The notes: generated by a model not told the origin, from the sequence alone. Counted from the first letter of the stretch, positions 35,980-49,241 are shown. The stretch is DNA of 64,000 nucleotides from Raja brachyura (GCA_963514005.1 OY740782.1:15438001-15502000), one strand, 5' to 3'. Program-made: numbers and translations.

Positions 35980-36282
35980 TGGTTTAGAAGGGTGGAAACA
36001 GGTCCTTCAGCCCACCGAGTCCGCACTGTCCGCACATTAACACCACCCTGCTCACACACTGGGGACAATTTTACCATTTTATATTTTTATGCTAAGCCAA
36101 TTAACCTACAAACCTGTACGTCTTTGGAGTGTGGGAGAAAACCGAAGATCATGGAGAAAACTTATGCAGGTCATGGGTAGAACGTACAAACTCTGTACAG
36201 ATAAGCGCAATAGTCAGGATCGAACCCGGGTCACTGGCGCTGTGAGGCAGCAACTCAACTGCTGTTCCACCGTGCCACCGTG
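35980..36282 (-). mobile_element. HE1/V-SINE-like SINE
   Basis: Complement of SINE consensus ending ccaccgtgccacc. Confidence 0.85.
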
Positions 36283-36599
36283 CCGGGTGGTGGTTGAGGC
36301 CGATACAGAAGTGGCATATAAGAGACTTTTGGATAGGCATAATATAATGCAGGGTAAGGTTATTTTAATGGGGGGTACGGATTATGTGTAGGCAGATACA
36401 AATTGGTCTTGACATCATATTTGCCACCATCATTATGGGCTAAAGGCCCTGTTCTTGTGCCGCAGTGTTCTACGTTTCAACAGGCACCCCTGAATCTTTG
36501 GATGGTGAGAGACCCAACACAAAGAATCAATGAACTTGACATTGTCATCAATCTACTGACTGTAGTCCATGGTTATCAAATGGCCCTGCGAAGGATGTG

Positions 36600-37205
36600 A
36601 TTATGCTGAGGGGTGTACAAGGAGATTCTCCAGGATTTGGGCCGCATTGGACGACTTTAGCTACGAAGAGAGTTTGAACAGGCGGGGCTTGTTTGTCCAG
36701 GAGCAAAGAGGCTGAAGGGCTCTTGAGGAGGATTGTAGAATTCTCAGAAGCCTCGCTAGGTTAGAGGCTTTACCCCCATGGTAGGGCGATCAAAAATCAA
36801 GCGGGAAAAGGTTCAAGGCGAGAGGATATAGAGTTTTAAAGGGGATCTAAGGGGAAAGTTAATTTACACAGAGCAAGGTTGATATATGGAACATGCTGCC
36901 AGAGGAGGTGGTGGAATTAAATTCAATCACTATTTTTGAGAAACATTTATACAGTTATTTGAATAGACAAGGCATAAAGGGTTAATGACTAATGCATGCA
37001 ACTGAGATCAATGTAGATGCACAAATCTTGATTAGTACGGGTTGATTAGTAAGGGTGTCAGGGATTATGGGAAGAAGGAGAATGGGGTTAGGAGGGAGAG
37101 ATAGATCTACATAGATCAGATAGAGATTGATTGAATATTGGAGTAGATTTCATGGGATGAATGGCCTAAGTCTTCTCCTATCACATAACTTTATGACCTG
37201 ATGAA
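36600..37205 (+). mobile_element. Degenerate CR1 fragments
   Basis: CR1 ORF2 C-terminal and 3' UTR motifs. Confidence 0.65.
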
Positions 37206-37356
37206 CTTAAATAGGTCGGCATGAATATGATAGATCAAAGGGTTCATTTCTACGACCCATATCTCTATTAGTCCTAAATGAAGACCTATCTTAACGTTGA
37301 GAACATCTTCCACGAAGCAAAGTAGCACTTTCATCATGCTAAATGATAGATTCAGG

Positions 37357-37418
<62 letters not shown>

Positions 37419-38295
37419 TACATTTTATTTATATAACACGTTTAAATCAACTCACGTTGAAACCAAAGTGCTTTACATAGAGAAAAAAAAGTAAGTTTCC
37501 GTACATCCATAGAAAATTTAAAAAAGAGAAGAATGACACAACACATTATAGAATTCAACATGAACGTCCCCCCACAACAGAATCAAAATTTTCCACTGTG
37601 GGGAAAGACATCAGAAAGTTTCAGTCCTCTTCTCTGTGATCACCCGAGGTAGGGGCCTATTTGTGGCCTCTGGAGTCAGTCCGATGTTTTCACGCCCTCT
37701 TGCCGGGAAGACGGAACTCTGGCGTCGGGTGAACGTTCCTCAGCGGCTTGGAAATGTCTGGAGCGGCCGCTGCCTCCCAGGAGACCGCGGCACCCAAAGT
37801 CCTCAGGCAGCGCTGGCTGGAGCTCCGACTCTGCCGATCTCGAATCCCCGGCTCCGTGGTGTTTTAAATCCAGGGCCGCCCGCGGCTGGACGTCCGCACC
37901 CACAGCTCCTCGGATGTTGGAGTCGGCGGTCTCAGCACTTCGGAGCTTTCCGCACGGTGACCCGGCAAGGCATCGCCCGCTCCGTGTTGGTGTCCCAGTG
38001 CTGGGTCACCGCTGAAGCTGTTGTCCCGGAAACGCCGCTCCAGTCCGATGGTAGGTTTTGAGGAAGGGGCGAAGAAGCAGCTCGGAGAGAAGCCGCCTCT
38101 CCGACCAGGCAGGGACTAGGAAATAAAGTTTCCCTCTTCCCCTCCCCCCACCCACCACATAAAACAAGACCTCCAACAAACATTTTGTTGTATTGGACTA
38201 AAAATAAAAATAAAAAAGGGTGAAAGGACGGACTGCAGGCACAGCAGCCATACGCAACGGCGCCCCACTCCTGCAGTCCGCCATCTTTAGTGAAC
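37357..38295 (-). mobile_element. Near full-length non-autonomous retroposon: AAGATGGCGG head, GC-rich body, hairpin core, L2-type tail, long (TTAC)n
   Basis: About 15 AGTA units at 37357-37418; head reads aaagatggcggactgcagg on the minus strand; no tRNA head. Confidence 0.8.
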
Positions 38296-38811
38296 CTTTC
38301 AAAAGAAAAATCACTCCAATCAGTGCCCAAATGGCCCAGCAATCTCCCCACCCTCTCAGTTACCATCACGACAACCACAATGCTCATGATAGATGTCCTT
38401 TGTACAAGAGCATGCAAGGAAGACTAAAACTAAATAGGAGAAAAGTGACAAAGTAACATGTCATTCTCAGCTGTGACTGTATGCGCTAGGCAGAGCTATG
38501 ACGCCCTGCAACATATGGATCAGATCAAAGACCAGCAGTCCTGCCAAATCCAGACATGAATAGTGGGAAAAATTGAAATAAATTAATGAGAGGAATATTC
38601 TCTGAGAATTTCTCCACCATTAGCAATGATGGATGTCACCAGACAAGACCAAAGACAAGTCTGTAGCATTTTCATCCTCCTCCTTTCTGCTCCTCAAGTC
38701 ACCACAATTCAATTGCATTCACAAGTCCTCAGTCTTCAACTAATTTAGTTGACTCCAAGGTGACGGATGTGGCTGAGAAAACTTGCTACTTCAAGGGGAC
38801 TGATGTCCGGC

Positions 38812-39512
38812 CGGCACTGTGGCATAACGGTAGAACTACTGCCTTACAGCGCCTGAGACCCGGGTGCAATCCTGACTACGGATGCTTGCCTGGATGGAGC
38901 TTGTGACTGAGCTGCCACCCCATAAAATCCATTTGGCCCACAATGTCCATGCTAGCCCCCTGGAGACCAGCTCCTTCAGCCCACAACACCCATACTAGCC
39001 CTCCAGAAAGCCCCCCCCCCACCCCCACTGACCACCAATATTTGAATTGGTGGAGAGGTGGAATATTGCGTTGGGGGACCAGCCCTCCCGTGTGAACATG
39101 GACAATGAAAAAGAACACACAAAAACCAAAGACGTACGGGTTTGTAGGCTAATTTGCTTGGTGAAAATGTAAAATTGTCCCCAGTATCAATCAATCAATA
39201 TCAGTATCAGTTTTATTCGTCACTTGCACATAAAGTGCAAGTGAAATGAATTTTCCAGCAGCGGTACAATGAAAAAAGAACACACAAAAACACAATAAAA
39301 ACATTTAACACAAACATCCACCACAGCATTCATCACTGTGGTGGAAGGCACAACATTTGGCCAGTCCTCCTCCATTTTCCCCTGTGGTCGGGACCTCAAC
39401 CCAGTTTGTGTAGGGTAGTGTTAATGTGCGAGGATTGCTGGTGTGTGTGGAATCAGTGGGCCGAAGGGCTTGTTTCCGCACTGTATCTCTAAACTAAGCT
39501 AAAAGTAAACTA
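38812..39512 (+). mobile_element. V-SINE interrupted by a Helitron-like fragment (38905-39100) and a hairpin-core retroposon (39185-39402, minus)
   Basis: SINE head at 38812, core at 39126, tail at 39405-39512. Confidence 0.7.
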
Positions 39513-40317
39513 CCTGTATATAGAGTATATAGAGTCTGAAGAAGGGTCTCGACCTGAAACGTTGCCTATCTCCTTCGCTCCTTAGATGCTGCTACACCCG
39601 CTGAGTTTCTCCAGCTTTTTGTGTACCCCTATAGAGTTAATGAGGCTGGGGGAAAGCAATTGCAAGCAAAGTTCACATTTGATGGAATAATGCAATGTTA
39701 AACTATATGGACCTTGGATAGGTGTCTCTCGTGGCAGGTTGCACATTCTAGTTCCCCATGTTATACAAAGATTCAGAAGTACTGGAAGAGGCTGCAAAGG
39801 GATTGTAAGGATTGCAATGGAGAAGAGTCATTGAAACTAGCAGAAATTCTGATCATTCTGTTGGTGCAATCCTAACAATGTAAGTAAAAACTGACAAAAA
39901 ATTGGAGCGTGCGAGGTCATTCAGCCACTTGAGCCTGAGCCATTGTTCAAAGGGATAATGCCTCTTCTTCTTCAAATACCATTTTTCCATGTAAGGAGGA
40001 ACTGCAGGTGCTGGTTTAAACACAAGATAGACACGAATAGCTGGAGTAACTCAGCGGGACAGGCAGCATCTCTGGAGAGAAGGAATGGGTGACGTTTTGG
40101 GTCGAGACCCTTCTTCCCATTTTTCTGTTCTCTCCCCTCATCACAATACCTTTAAAATACTGAAGACTCTCAATCTTTCCTATGGGCAAAGGCTAGTAAA
40201 CACTACATCCTCCAAATAAGCTCTGAACTACATGGACTATTATTGTTATTACTGCACTATTACTGTTTGTTTGTGTGTTATGTGTATGAATGTATGCGTG
40301 CATGTGTATACACACAC

Positions 40318-40354
<37 letters not shown>

Positions 40355-40383
40355 TTATATTTATATATATATATATATATATA

Positions 40384-41080
40384 CTAGACTAAGTGGGACC
40401 CTCAAGCCTAATGTGCTGGCAGCTCACTCACGGCTGGTGGGCTGGCAGTTGACTCACGGCTATTCCTTGAAATTCCATTTCAAGCAGGGTGCAAGGCCAC
40501 AAAATTAAAGTGCAGTTTCCTAGCACTTCATGCAGAATGCAGAGCCACCAAACACAAGTGCAGTTTAATGCCACTTCAAGCAGGGTGCAAGGCCACCAAA
40601 TTAAGTGCAGTTTCATACCACTTCAGGCAGGGTGCAAGACAACCACATTCAAGTGCAGTTTCATACCATTTCAAGCAGGGTGCAAGGCCACCATATTCAA
40701 ATGCAGTTTCATACCATTTCACCACATAAAACACCACATAAACACCACACTCACAGTTTAGTAGAAATGTGTTCAGTTTTATTCACAGCTCAGACTGAGA
40801 GACGTGACCCTCTCACTCCCCCATTTTGCAGAGACTGACTGAGGCACTCAACACTTCCGGGTTTTATAGTCCCTCTGGAAGGGGTGTGGCCTTCAGGAGA
40901 GAATCTCAACATTTTTCAAACACTAATAACTCTTTTATTTTTAATCGATGGGAAAATCCTCTTGTCCTGCACAGCGGAGTAAGATGGCCAAAAATCATAG
41001 CCGTGAGCGGCAGCGTTTTTTCTAAAATCAATATACAGAACAACAGGAAGTGGTCAAGATCAGACTTTTAGCAATATATA
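40384..41080 (-). mobile_element. Non-autonomous Helitron inserted in an (AT)n/(CA)n microsatellite
   Basis: Minus strand starts TATATTGCTAAAAGTC and ends GGGTCCCACTTAGTCTAG|T, like 22843-24132; half of the terminal hairpin is missing. Confidence 0.75.
40478..40722. repeat. ~39-40 bp tandem array (~6 units) within the Helitron
   Basis: tttcaagcagggtgcaaggccaccaaatt(c)aagtgcagtttcatacca repeats. Confidence 0.9.
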
Positions 41081-42104
41081 TATATGTGTGTGTATAAATA
41101 ATATATATACGTTTATTTTAAAGTATGTGTATATATACACATGCTGAACTTTGTTTTCTCGTTTATTATGTTGTTTACAGTGTATTTGTTTACATATTCT
41201 GTTGTGCTGCTGCAAGGAAGAATTTAATTGGTCCATCTGGAACATAAAACAATAAAAAAAACTCTTGTGAATGAACTCACAATTGCAGAGCCTTCATAGA
41301 TATCCCACTGAACACTCCCCCACCCCCTCCACCCACTCACTTGGGTAAAGAATTCCACAGATTCTCCAGCATCCTAATGGAAAGCAGCTCTCCTTGTCTC
41401 AGTTCGATGTGTAGGAAGGAACTGCAGATGATGGTTTATTCTGAAGATAGACACAAAACACTGGAGTAACTTCAGTTCCACATGGTTTGTGTCTTATTTC
41501 AATCTGCGATTCTTTGTTCTACTTGCTGGGATCATGAGAAACATTCTTGCACCTGTCCGTGTGCCAGGTTTTGAACATTTCAGTCAGTAAACCTGTCTTT
41601 CATTTCTAAACTCCAGAGTATAGGGGCTTAGCCAACTGGAATCTCACTTGATACGCAAAACCCACCAACACAGCCTGATGAATCTTGGCTGCACTCTCTC
41701 TGTGGAGAATATTATCCTTTTGCAGATAAGTACAGAAAAGTCCTTTAAATTGTGAAGGATTCTTCTTGGGTGGGTGTGAAGAAAATACTTCTGTTACCAA
41801 GGGAATTCGAAGCCAGAGGCAATGGCTTTAAGATAATCAAATCTGCTAAAGAACTGAGGTGATGTTTCTTCACACACATCTATACTAATGACTAAGATGA
41901 ATTGACCATGTGTGTTCAATTGAAATCGCATGTGATGAAAAAGCAAATTATGAGAGAAAGCAAAGATTTAGTAAAAGAATGCAATTAGGTTAAGTGAGTG
42001 GCAAAAGACTTGGCAAATGATATTGGTATTGTTTTACTATTCCACATGTCCCCGCATAGAGTGGAACTCTTTGTTTGTGTGCTATCAAATCCAATCAAAT
42101 GACA

Positions 42105-42395
42105 CTTCACAGCGCTTACAGCACCAGAGACTCGGGTTCGATCCCGACTACGGGTGCGGTGTCTACGGAGTTTGCACATTCTCCCCGTGACCTGTGTGGG
42201 TTTTCTCCAAGATCTTCGGTTTCCTCCCACACTCCAAAGACGTACAGGTTTGTAGGTTAATTGGCTTGGTATCAATGTAATCATTGTCCCTAGGGTGTGT
42301 AGGGAGGTGTTACTGTGCGGGGATCGCTGGTCGGTGCGGACTCGGTGGGCCAAAGGGCCTTTTACTGTGCTGTATCTCTAAAGTAAACTAAATAA
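42105..42395 (+). mobile_element. HE1/V-SINE-like SINE
   Basis: B-box ggttcgatccc, V core, CR1-like tail. Confidence 0.9.
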
Positions 42396-42867
42396 ACATC
42401 TGAAGCCTGAAGAAGGGTCTCGACCCGAAACGTCACCCATTCCTTCTCTCCAGAGATGCTGCCTGTCCCGTTGAGTTACTCCAGGTTTTGTATCTACCTT
42501 AAACTAAACATATGGTGCATAGAGGAAAATACTAGAGAACAGAATGTCGTGTTACAGGGTTATACCATCACAGTTGCGTTCAACAGCCACAGTGAGATAG
42601 GTTGGAAGATTGGGATTACGCAGTAGTCTATGGGACGACTGTTCGGTAGTCTGATAACAGAGAGGAAGAAGTTGTTCCTGAAACTGGTAGTACGTGCTTC
42701 CAAGCTTTTGTTCCTTCTGCCCTCTCAATGCGAGAGGGTTGAAAAGGCAATGACTGGAGTGAAAATGGTCCTTGATTATTTTGGCTGCTTCCCAAAGGCG
42801 GTGTGAAGTTGCTGGAGTTGATAGAGAGGAAGCTGGTCTGTACGATGGACTGAGCTACAATCACAAC

Positions 42868-43168
42868 TTTAGTTTAGTTTAGTTTGGAGATACAGCGTGG
42901 AAACAGGCCCTTCGGCCCACCAAGTTCACAGCAATCCAGCGATCCCCGCACACTAACACTATCCTACACACACTCGAGACAAATTTTACAATTATACCAA
43001 GCCAATTAACACCTTGTACATCTTTGGAGTGCGGGAGGAAATCGAAGATCTCACAGACAACCCACAGGGAGAACGTACAAACTGCTTACAGATATCACCC
43101 GTAGTCGGGATCGAACCTGGGTCTCTGGTGCTCTAAGTGCTGTAAGGCAGCAACTCTACCACTGCTCC
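42868..43168 (-). mobile_element. HE1/V-SINE-like SINE nested in a Rex1-like fragment (42540-43235)
   Basis: (GTTTA)n tail; flanks continue as Rex1-like sequence (AWFGNSFIQD). Confidence 0.85.
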
Positions 43169-43664
43169 ATAGCAATTTCTCGCAGTCTTGGATGAAGCTA
43201 TTCCCAAACCAAGCAGAATGCTTTTTAAATGGAGGGGCGTCATGGATTGGTGTTATATAGACAGCATATATGTCTGCAAACATCAAACACAAATGGGGAC
43301 TGGCAGATGGGCAGTAATTCTGAAAGGAAAATTCCTGGGATGTAGGTGATGTTTTAACAGGAACGTTTGGGCTGTTTGTCCCTACATTCCCAGAAGTTTA
43401 GAAGAATGACAGATGATTTTATTGAAACATAATGTATTCTGAAACAATTTGAAGAGGACATTGTCTCTAATGGGGGATTCCAAAAATAGGAATCACAATT
43501 TCTGTAGAAGGGATCACATACTTAATCTGGAGATAAAGAGGAATTTCAGAAGGCTGCAAATCCTTGCGATTTTCTCCTGGAGGGAGCTGTGGAAGCATAT
43601 TCCAGACAAACGGGTATTTAGTATTTAGGGGGAGCTGAGGCTGGTGTGAAACATGGGAAGAAAA

Positions 43665-45262
43665 TGGATGACTAGTGGGGTGCCGCAAGGCTTGGTACTG
43701 GAACCCCAGTTATTTACAATATATATTAACCATTTAGCTGAAGGAATTAAAGGTAACATCGCTACGTTTGCAGGTGACACAAAGCTGGGTGGCAGTGTGA
43801 GCTGCGAGGAGGATGCTACGAGGCTGCAGGGTGACTTGGACAGGTTCGGTGAGTGGGCATATGCATGGTAGATGCAGTATAATGTGGATAAATGTGAGGC
43901 ATATTATTATCTGAATGGTGTCAGATTAGGAAAAGGGGAGGTGCAACAAGACTTGTAAGAATAAAGGTACAGCAGGCAGTGAAGAAAGGAAATGGCATGT
44001 TGGCCTTCAAGAGGATTTGAGTACAGGAGCAAGGAGGTCCAACTGCAATTGAACAGGGCCCATGTGAGACCACACCTAGAGTATTGTGTGCAGTCTTGGT
44101 CTCCAAATTTGAGGAGGGACATTATTGCTATTGAGGAAGTGCAGCATAGGTTCACCAGGTTAATTCCCGGGATGGCGAGACTGACATATGATGAAAGAAT
44201 GGATCAACTGGCCATGGCGTCACACGATGGCAGCCTCGCTGACAGATTGTCTCGTCCTTTTCTTCTTTTGTTGTTTTTAGTTTGTTGTTAAATGTATGTT
44301 TTAGCGTATCTTTAGTTTTGTATTATGTGGGGGGGGGTTGTGGCGAATCTTTTAAAAATCTCTTTCCTTGACGGAGATGTGACTTTTCCCGTATTGTATC
44401 TCCGTCCGCACTGCGGTCTAACGTCGTGGAGCTGGCGGTCCCTTTGCTGGGGATTGACTCCGGGAGCTCTAAACGCGGGAGCCTGCCGACTTAACATCGT
44501 GGAACTCGCGTTCCCTTTGTCTGGACTTTGGGAGCTCCAACCACACCAATCGCGGGAGCTTCGATCGCCCCAACGCAGGAGTTTCGATCGCCGTCTGCGG
44601 GAGCTTCGATCGCCCCGACTGCGGATGGTTCAACTGCTCCGACTGCGGGAGAAAAGGAGGAAAGAAGATAATACATTATTGCCTTCCATCACAGATCACT
44701 GTTGTGGATATTTATGTTAATATTTATGTAGTTGCGTGTCTTGCTGCTTCTTTGGAGTGACTGTATGACAAATCAAATTCCTTGTATGTTCTTACATACT
44801 TGGCAAATAAATTCTTGTATCTTGTTTCTTGTATCTTGTATTCACTGGAATTTAGAAAGATGAGAAGGGATCTTAGAGAAACATATCAAATTCTTAAGGG
44901 ATGGGAAAGGCTAGATGCAGAAAAAAATGTTCCCGATGTTGGGGGAGTCCAGAACCAGGGGTCACAGTGTAAGAATAAGGGGTAGGCCATTTAGGACTGA
45001 GATGAGGAAAAATATTTCCACCCAGAGAGTTGTGATTCTGTGGAATTCTCTGCCACAGAAAGCAGTGGAGACCAATTCACTGGATGTTTTCTAGAGAGAG
45101 TTAGATATAGCTCTTATGGCTAATGGAATCAAGGGATATGGGGAGACGGCAGGAACGGGGTATTGATTTTGGATGATTAGCCATGATCATATTGAATGGC
45201 AGTGCTGGCTTGAAGAGCCAAATGGCCTACTCCTGCACTTATTTTCTATGTTTCTATGTTTC
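43665..45262 (+). mobile_element. CR1 LINE RT and 3' end, split by an insertion at 44213-44840
   Basis: TSGVPQGLVLEPQLFTIYIN..FAGDTKLGG..LQGDLDR..VRPHLEYCVQSWSP; (TTTCTATG)n tail. Confidence 0.92.
44213..44840 (+). mobile_element. Non-autonomous retroposon (ATGGCG head, hairpin core, (CTTGTAT)n tail)
   Basis: Interrupts CR1; internal cgggagcttcgatcgccc repeats; tail catacttggcaaataaa. Confidence 0.75.
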
Positions 45263-45389
45263 TACAGTATGTATTAAACCAATCCTGCATGTTGAATATG
45301 AAAGAGACTCCAGAGGACATATGACATATAACCACTGCCCAATTTCCGTCCTGATAGATATTGCTTGAATCAGCGAGCAACTCTTGCAC

Positions 45390-45722
45390 ATAGAGTGGAT
45401 GTGGAGTGGATGTTTCCATTAGTGGGAGAGTCTAGGACTAGTGATCATAGCCTCAGATTTAAAGGACGTCCATTTGGGAAGGAGATGAGGAGAAATTTCT
45501 TTTGTCAGAGGGTGGTGAATCTGTGGAATTCTGTGCAAGTCAGTGGATATTATTAAGGCAGAGATGGATAGATTCTTGATTAATACGGGTGTCAGAGGTT
45601 ATGGGGAGAAGGCAGGAGAATGGGATTAGGAGGGAGAGATAGATCAGCTATGGTTGAATGGTGGAGTAGACTTGATTGGACAAATTGCCTATTTCTACTC
45701 TTATTCCTTGTGACCTTATAAC
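45390..45722 (+). mobile_element. CR1 3' end
   Basis: RVDVEWMFPLVGESRT..FFCQRVVNLWNS plus 3' UTR. Confidence 0.85.
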
Positions 45723-46265
45723 ATGCTATTTTTTTAATTTCACATTTTCAACATCTGCAGTTGTCTGCTTTTCACCAGCATCGAGCAGGTGGTTGTAAAT
45801 TTGAAGTAATTCCACTTAAAATTGTGGCAACTTCTAATTCTACCTGTAAATATGTCGCCAGTGGTGCTTGGTCCATTCTGTCACCTATACCCAAATCCAA
45901 ATTTGTCCTGGTCCCAATAGCATCATTACATTGTTTTAACCCACGAAACAAACCAAGTGTAAAAATGGTCTTGGAATATTTAATGGACAAAAAAAAGGTT
46001 TTGACATTAGTATGAGTTCAAATTCTGATATCATCATTACTTCATAAAAATAAACAGCGTAATGCCCTTGTTAATGTAATGCCCTTGTCAACCATCAGCA
46101 TGCAGTAATTTGACAAACATTCATTCACAAGCTGTACTTACACTGTACTGCGAAGCCTATTGTACCTAAGTTCCACAAGCCAGCAATTATGCAATGGCAT
46201 TGTGTTGTCGGCTTCACTGCCTGGGTGTTGATCACTGCCATGTTGAGAGGAAGATCAGGTAAATG

Positions 46266-46592
46266 GGCGACACTGTGGCGCAGCAGTAGAGTTGCTGCCT
46301 TACAGCGATTGCAGAGCCGGAGACACGGGTTCGATCCCCACTACGGGTGCTGTTTGTACGGAGTTTGTCTGTTCTCCCCATGACCTGCGTGGGTTGTCTC
46401 AGAGATCTTTGGTTTCCTCCCACACTCCAAAGACATACAGATCTGTAGGTTAATTGGCTTGGTGTAAAACATTTTTTTTCTAGTGTATGTAGGATAGTGT
46501 TAATGTGCAGGGATCACTGGTTGGCACGGACCCGTTGGGCCGAAGGGCCTGTTTCCGCGCTGTATCTCTAAACTAAACTAAACTAAACTAAA
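46266..46592 (+). mobile_element. HE1/V-SINE-like SINE, full length
   Basis: A-box tggcgcagcagtag, B-box ggttcgatccc, V core, (AAACT)n tail. Confidence 0.92.
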
Positions 46593-47829
46593 CAGGTGGA
46601 GAGGATTGTACTCTATTGGTGTTATTCAATGATTCAATGATACTGTATTGTCACATGTACCTAGGATACTGTGTTCTGCACGCAACCCGGTAAAATCACA
46701 CAGCAGACCTCATCGAGGCGGTGCACAAGAGTCCAACCTTTATAACTTTGTTGGTTCCAGAAAGGTGGCGGTTTTAAAAAAAAAATCAAAAATAGATTAA
46801 TTCAAGTATTTACGATATTATTTACAATACCAAAAACAAGACCCACCACCACAATACGTAAAAACAAAAATTCCCTAAATAATTATTAATAAGGTAGGGA
46901 AATAGCTGTTTAAGAAAAAATTGTTTTACTTGTATTATGGTGCTGGGTTTTGCTTTAAATAATTTGGCATTGCAATAGCATTGTAAATACTTGAATAAAT
47001 TTATTTTTGGTTAGAAAAAAAAAAGTCCTCACGTGTTTCTGCCGGCGACAAAGTTACCGATCGTTCCCCGAATGGTCCTTTCTTCTGCCTGCCGCCGCAC
47101 GTGGCAGCAGGCAGCCCCCCCACTGGGATCCCCCTTCATTTTCAGCATCCCCCCTGACTTCTCCCCCTTTTCTCAAATCCCCCCCATGGGTCCGCTCTTC
47201 GATCTCAGTGGCCCCCTTTGTTCGAGAAAAGTCAGAGAACCGCTAGGTTTTAAGCTGTCCAAGCAAAATATGAGATGCTGTTCCTCCAATTTTATGTTTG
47301 GCCTCTCTCTTACAATGGAGGAGGCCCAGGACAGAAAGGTGAGAGCGGGAATGGGAATATGACTTAAACCTCATATTTTGCTTGGGCAGCTTACAACCCA
47401 GCGGTATGAATATTAATTTGTCTGACTTCAAGTAACCCTTGCACCCCCTCTAATCTCTGCTCCCCCCCGCCCCCCTACCCTAGTCGCCGTACCAGTTTTC
47501 CAGTCTTCCTGATGAGTTTCACAGTTTGTATTACTTGTTATCACATTCCCCGCAGCCAACAATAGACCATTGTGTGCTCCGCCACTCCTTGATCATTGAT
47601 CCTGGCTTTGATCTGTCTTTTTTGCATGTCTTTCATTCATTTGCACCTTTTCATATCTCCCGGCTCCCTCTCCCCTGACTCTCAGTCAGAGAAAGGGTCT
47701 CAAACCGAAACGTCACCTATTCCTTCTGTCCAGAGATGCTGCTTGTCCCACTGAGTTACTCTAGTATTTTGTGTCTATCTTTGGCTTAAACCAGAATCTG
47801 CAGTTATTTCCTACACATATCTGTCTTTA

Positions 47830-48030
47830 TGTTGAATATAGGAATGTATAGCCTCTTCAATGCCAGCCACACTATCAATGGAATGATATTGTGTATACAG
47901 GCTGTCCAAGAAGATTCGAAGAATGTCATTATTCATGGCCTGTGCCGCGTCAAAAATAATTATTCTTTCACGCAACCATTGGTAATTCAAAGGGAGTTGA
48001 GTAACATTTGGGAAAACAGCTTGCAACGCA
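47830..48030 (-). pseudogene. Degenerate Helitron RepHel (PIF1-like helicase) fragment
   Basis: AVFPNV..NYQWLRERIII..MNNDIL..YHSIDSV..EEAIHSY resembles the VFPNI..NHxWLxERAIL..YKSIDTV..EAVNYP block. Confidence 0.6.
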
Positions 48031-48366
48031 TCATAAAGTGATGTGAAAGTTCAGTTTCAAACTTTTCAATGAAATCTTTGCAGTTGAGTCTTTGTGTTTA
48101 ATTTCCGCATTGTCAAATGTGAATAAATATGTAACAAACTCTCTGGTAGATGGATGGCCTGTCAAATGTTCTCACATGTTGTCTTTCAAGTTTAATCGTT
48201 GAACATTTTCCCAAATATACAATGCTTTAATCCTGACTTTCAATTAATATGGGTCGGTACCTAATAGAAGTACTGGCTGTTTCTGATGAAAATCTCCAGC
48301 TAGCACTAAAGTAATACTTCCAATTAATGTATTATTGTATCTAAGATCATGCAACGTTCGATCTAA

Positions 48367-48609
48367 AGGGCCTGTCCCACTTGGCGATTTTTTTCGGCGA
48401 CTGCCGGCGTCATTGACTGACATATCACGTCATCGAAAAAGTGACGCAGCGTGATGCGACGTGACGTGGCAGTGACGCAGCGTGATGCAGCGTGATGACG
48501 TGTGCAGTGTTTCTTCAAGTGTCGCAAATGTTGAAATCTTTCGACGACCCTGATACATCAGCCAATGACGCCGGCAGTCGCCAAAACAAATGGCCGTGGG
48601 GCAGGCCCT
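48367..48609. mobile_element. Palindromic Harbinger-family MITE
   Basis: TAA|AGGGCCTGTCCCAC...GTGGGGCAGGCCCT|TAA. Confidence 0.88.
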
Positions 48610-49241
48610 TAATGTTTCATTGCTTCATTGGTTGTTTTGTAAGCCATTGTACATTCTTCTCCGATATTGACTTTACGAACTTCCAGATTTTTTTTGTTTG
48701 TGTTTCCCTGACCATATTGTTTTATGTTGGAGGCCATATGAGTAGTTTCCCACCCTGTCAAAAGTATTGAGGAAATGCCTGATGATGCCACAACTAGGGC
48801 AACCATGCTGTGTGTTCAAAGTTCAGGCAACATAGAACATTATAACATAGAATATAGAACAGGATAGCACAAGAACAGGCCCTTCGTCCCGTTATGGCCC
48901 TGCTGGACATGACACCAAGGCCATCTCTTATCTACCATTAATTTAGTTTAGACACGAATTGCTGGAGTAACTCAGTGTGTCAGACAGCATCTCTGGCGAA
49001 AAGGAATAGATGATGTTTCGGGTTGAGACCCTTGATCAGACTCTTGTTTAGTTTAGGGAGGAAATGTAGATGCTGGTTTAAACTGAAGATAGACACAAAA
49101 AGCTGGAGTAAGTCAACGGGCCAGGCAGCATCTCTGGAGAGAAGGGATGGGTGATGTTTTGGAAAGGTCTCGACCCAAGACGTCACCCATTTCTTTTCTC
49201 TAGGAATGCTGCCTGTCCCGCTGAGTTCCTCCAGCTTTTTG

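Noticed and set aside
37636-38417. 141-161 aa ORFs
   Set aside because: GC-rich body of a non-autonomous retroposon; frames are not preserved in the other copies
40478-40722. CRISPR-like or Cys/His repeat protein appearance of the 39-bp array
   Set aside because: Contiguous tandem units with no unique spacers, no cas genes and a eukaryotic context
46266-46345. tRNA gene
   Set aside because: A/B boxes run straight into the SINE core and tail; it is a tRNA-derived SINE head
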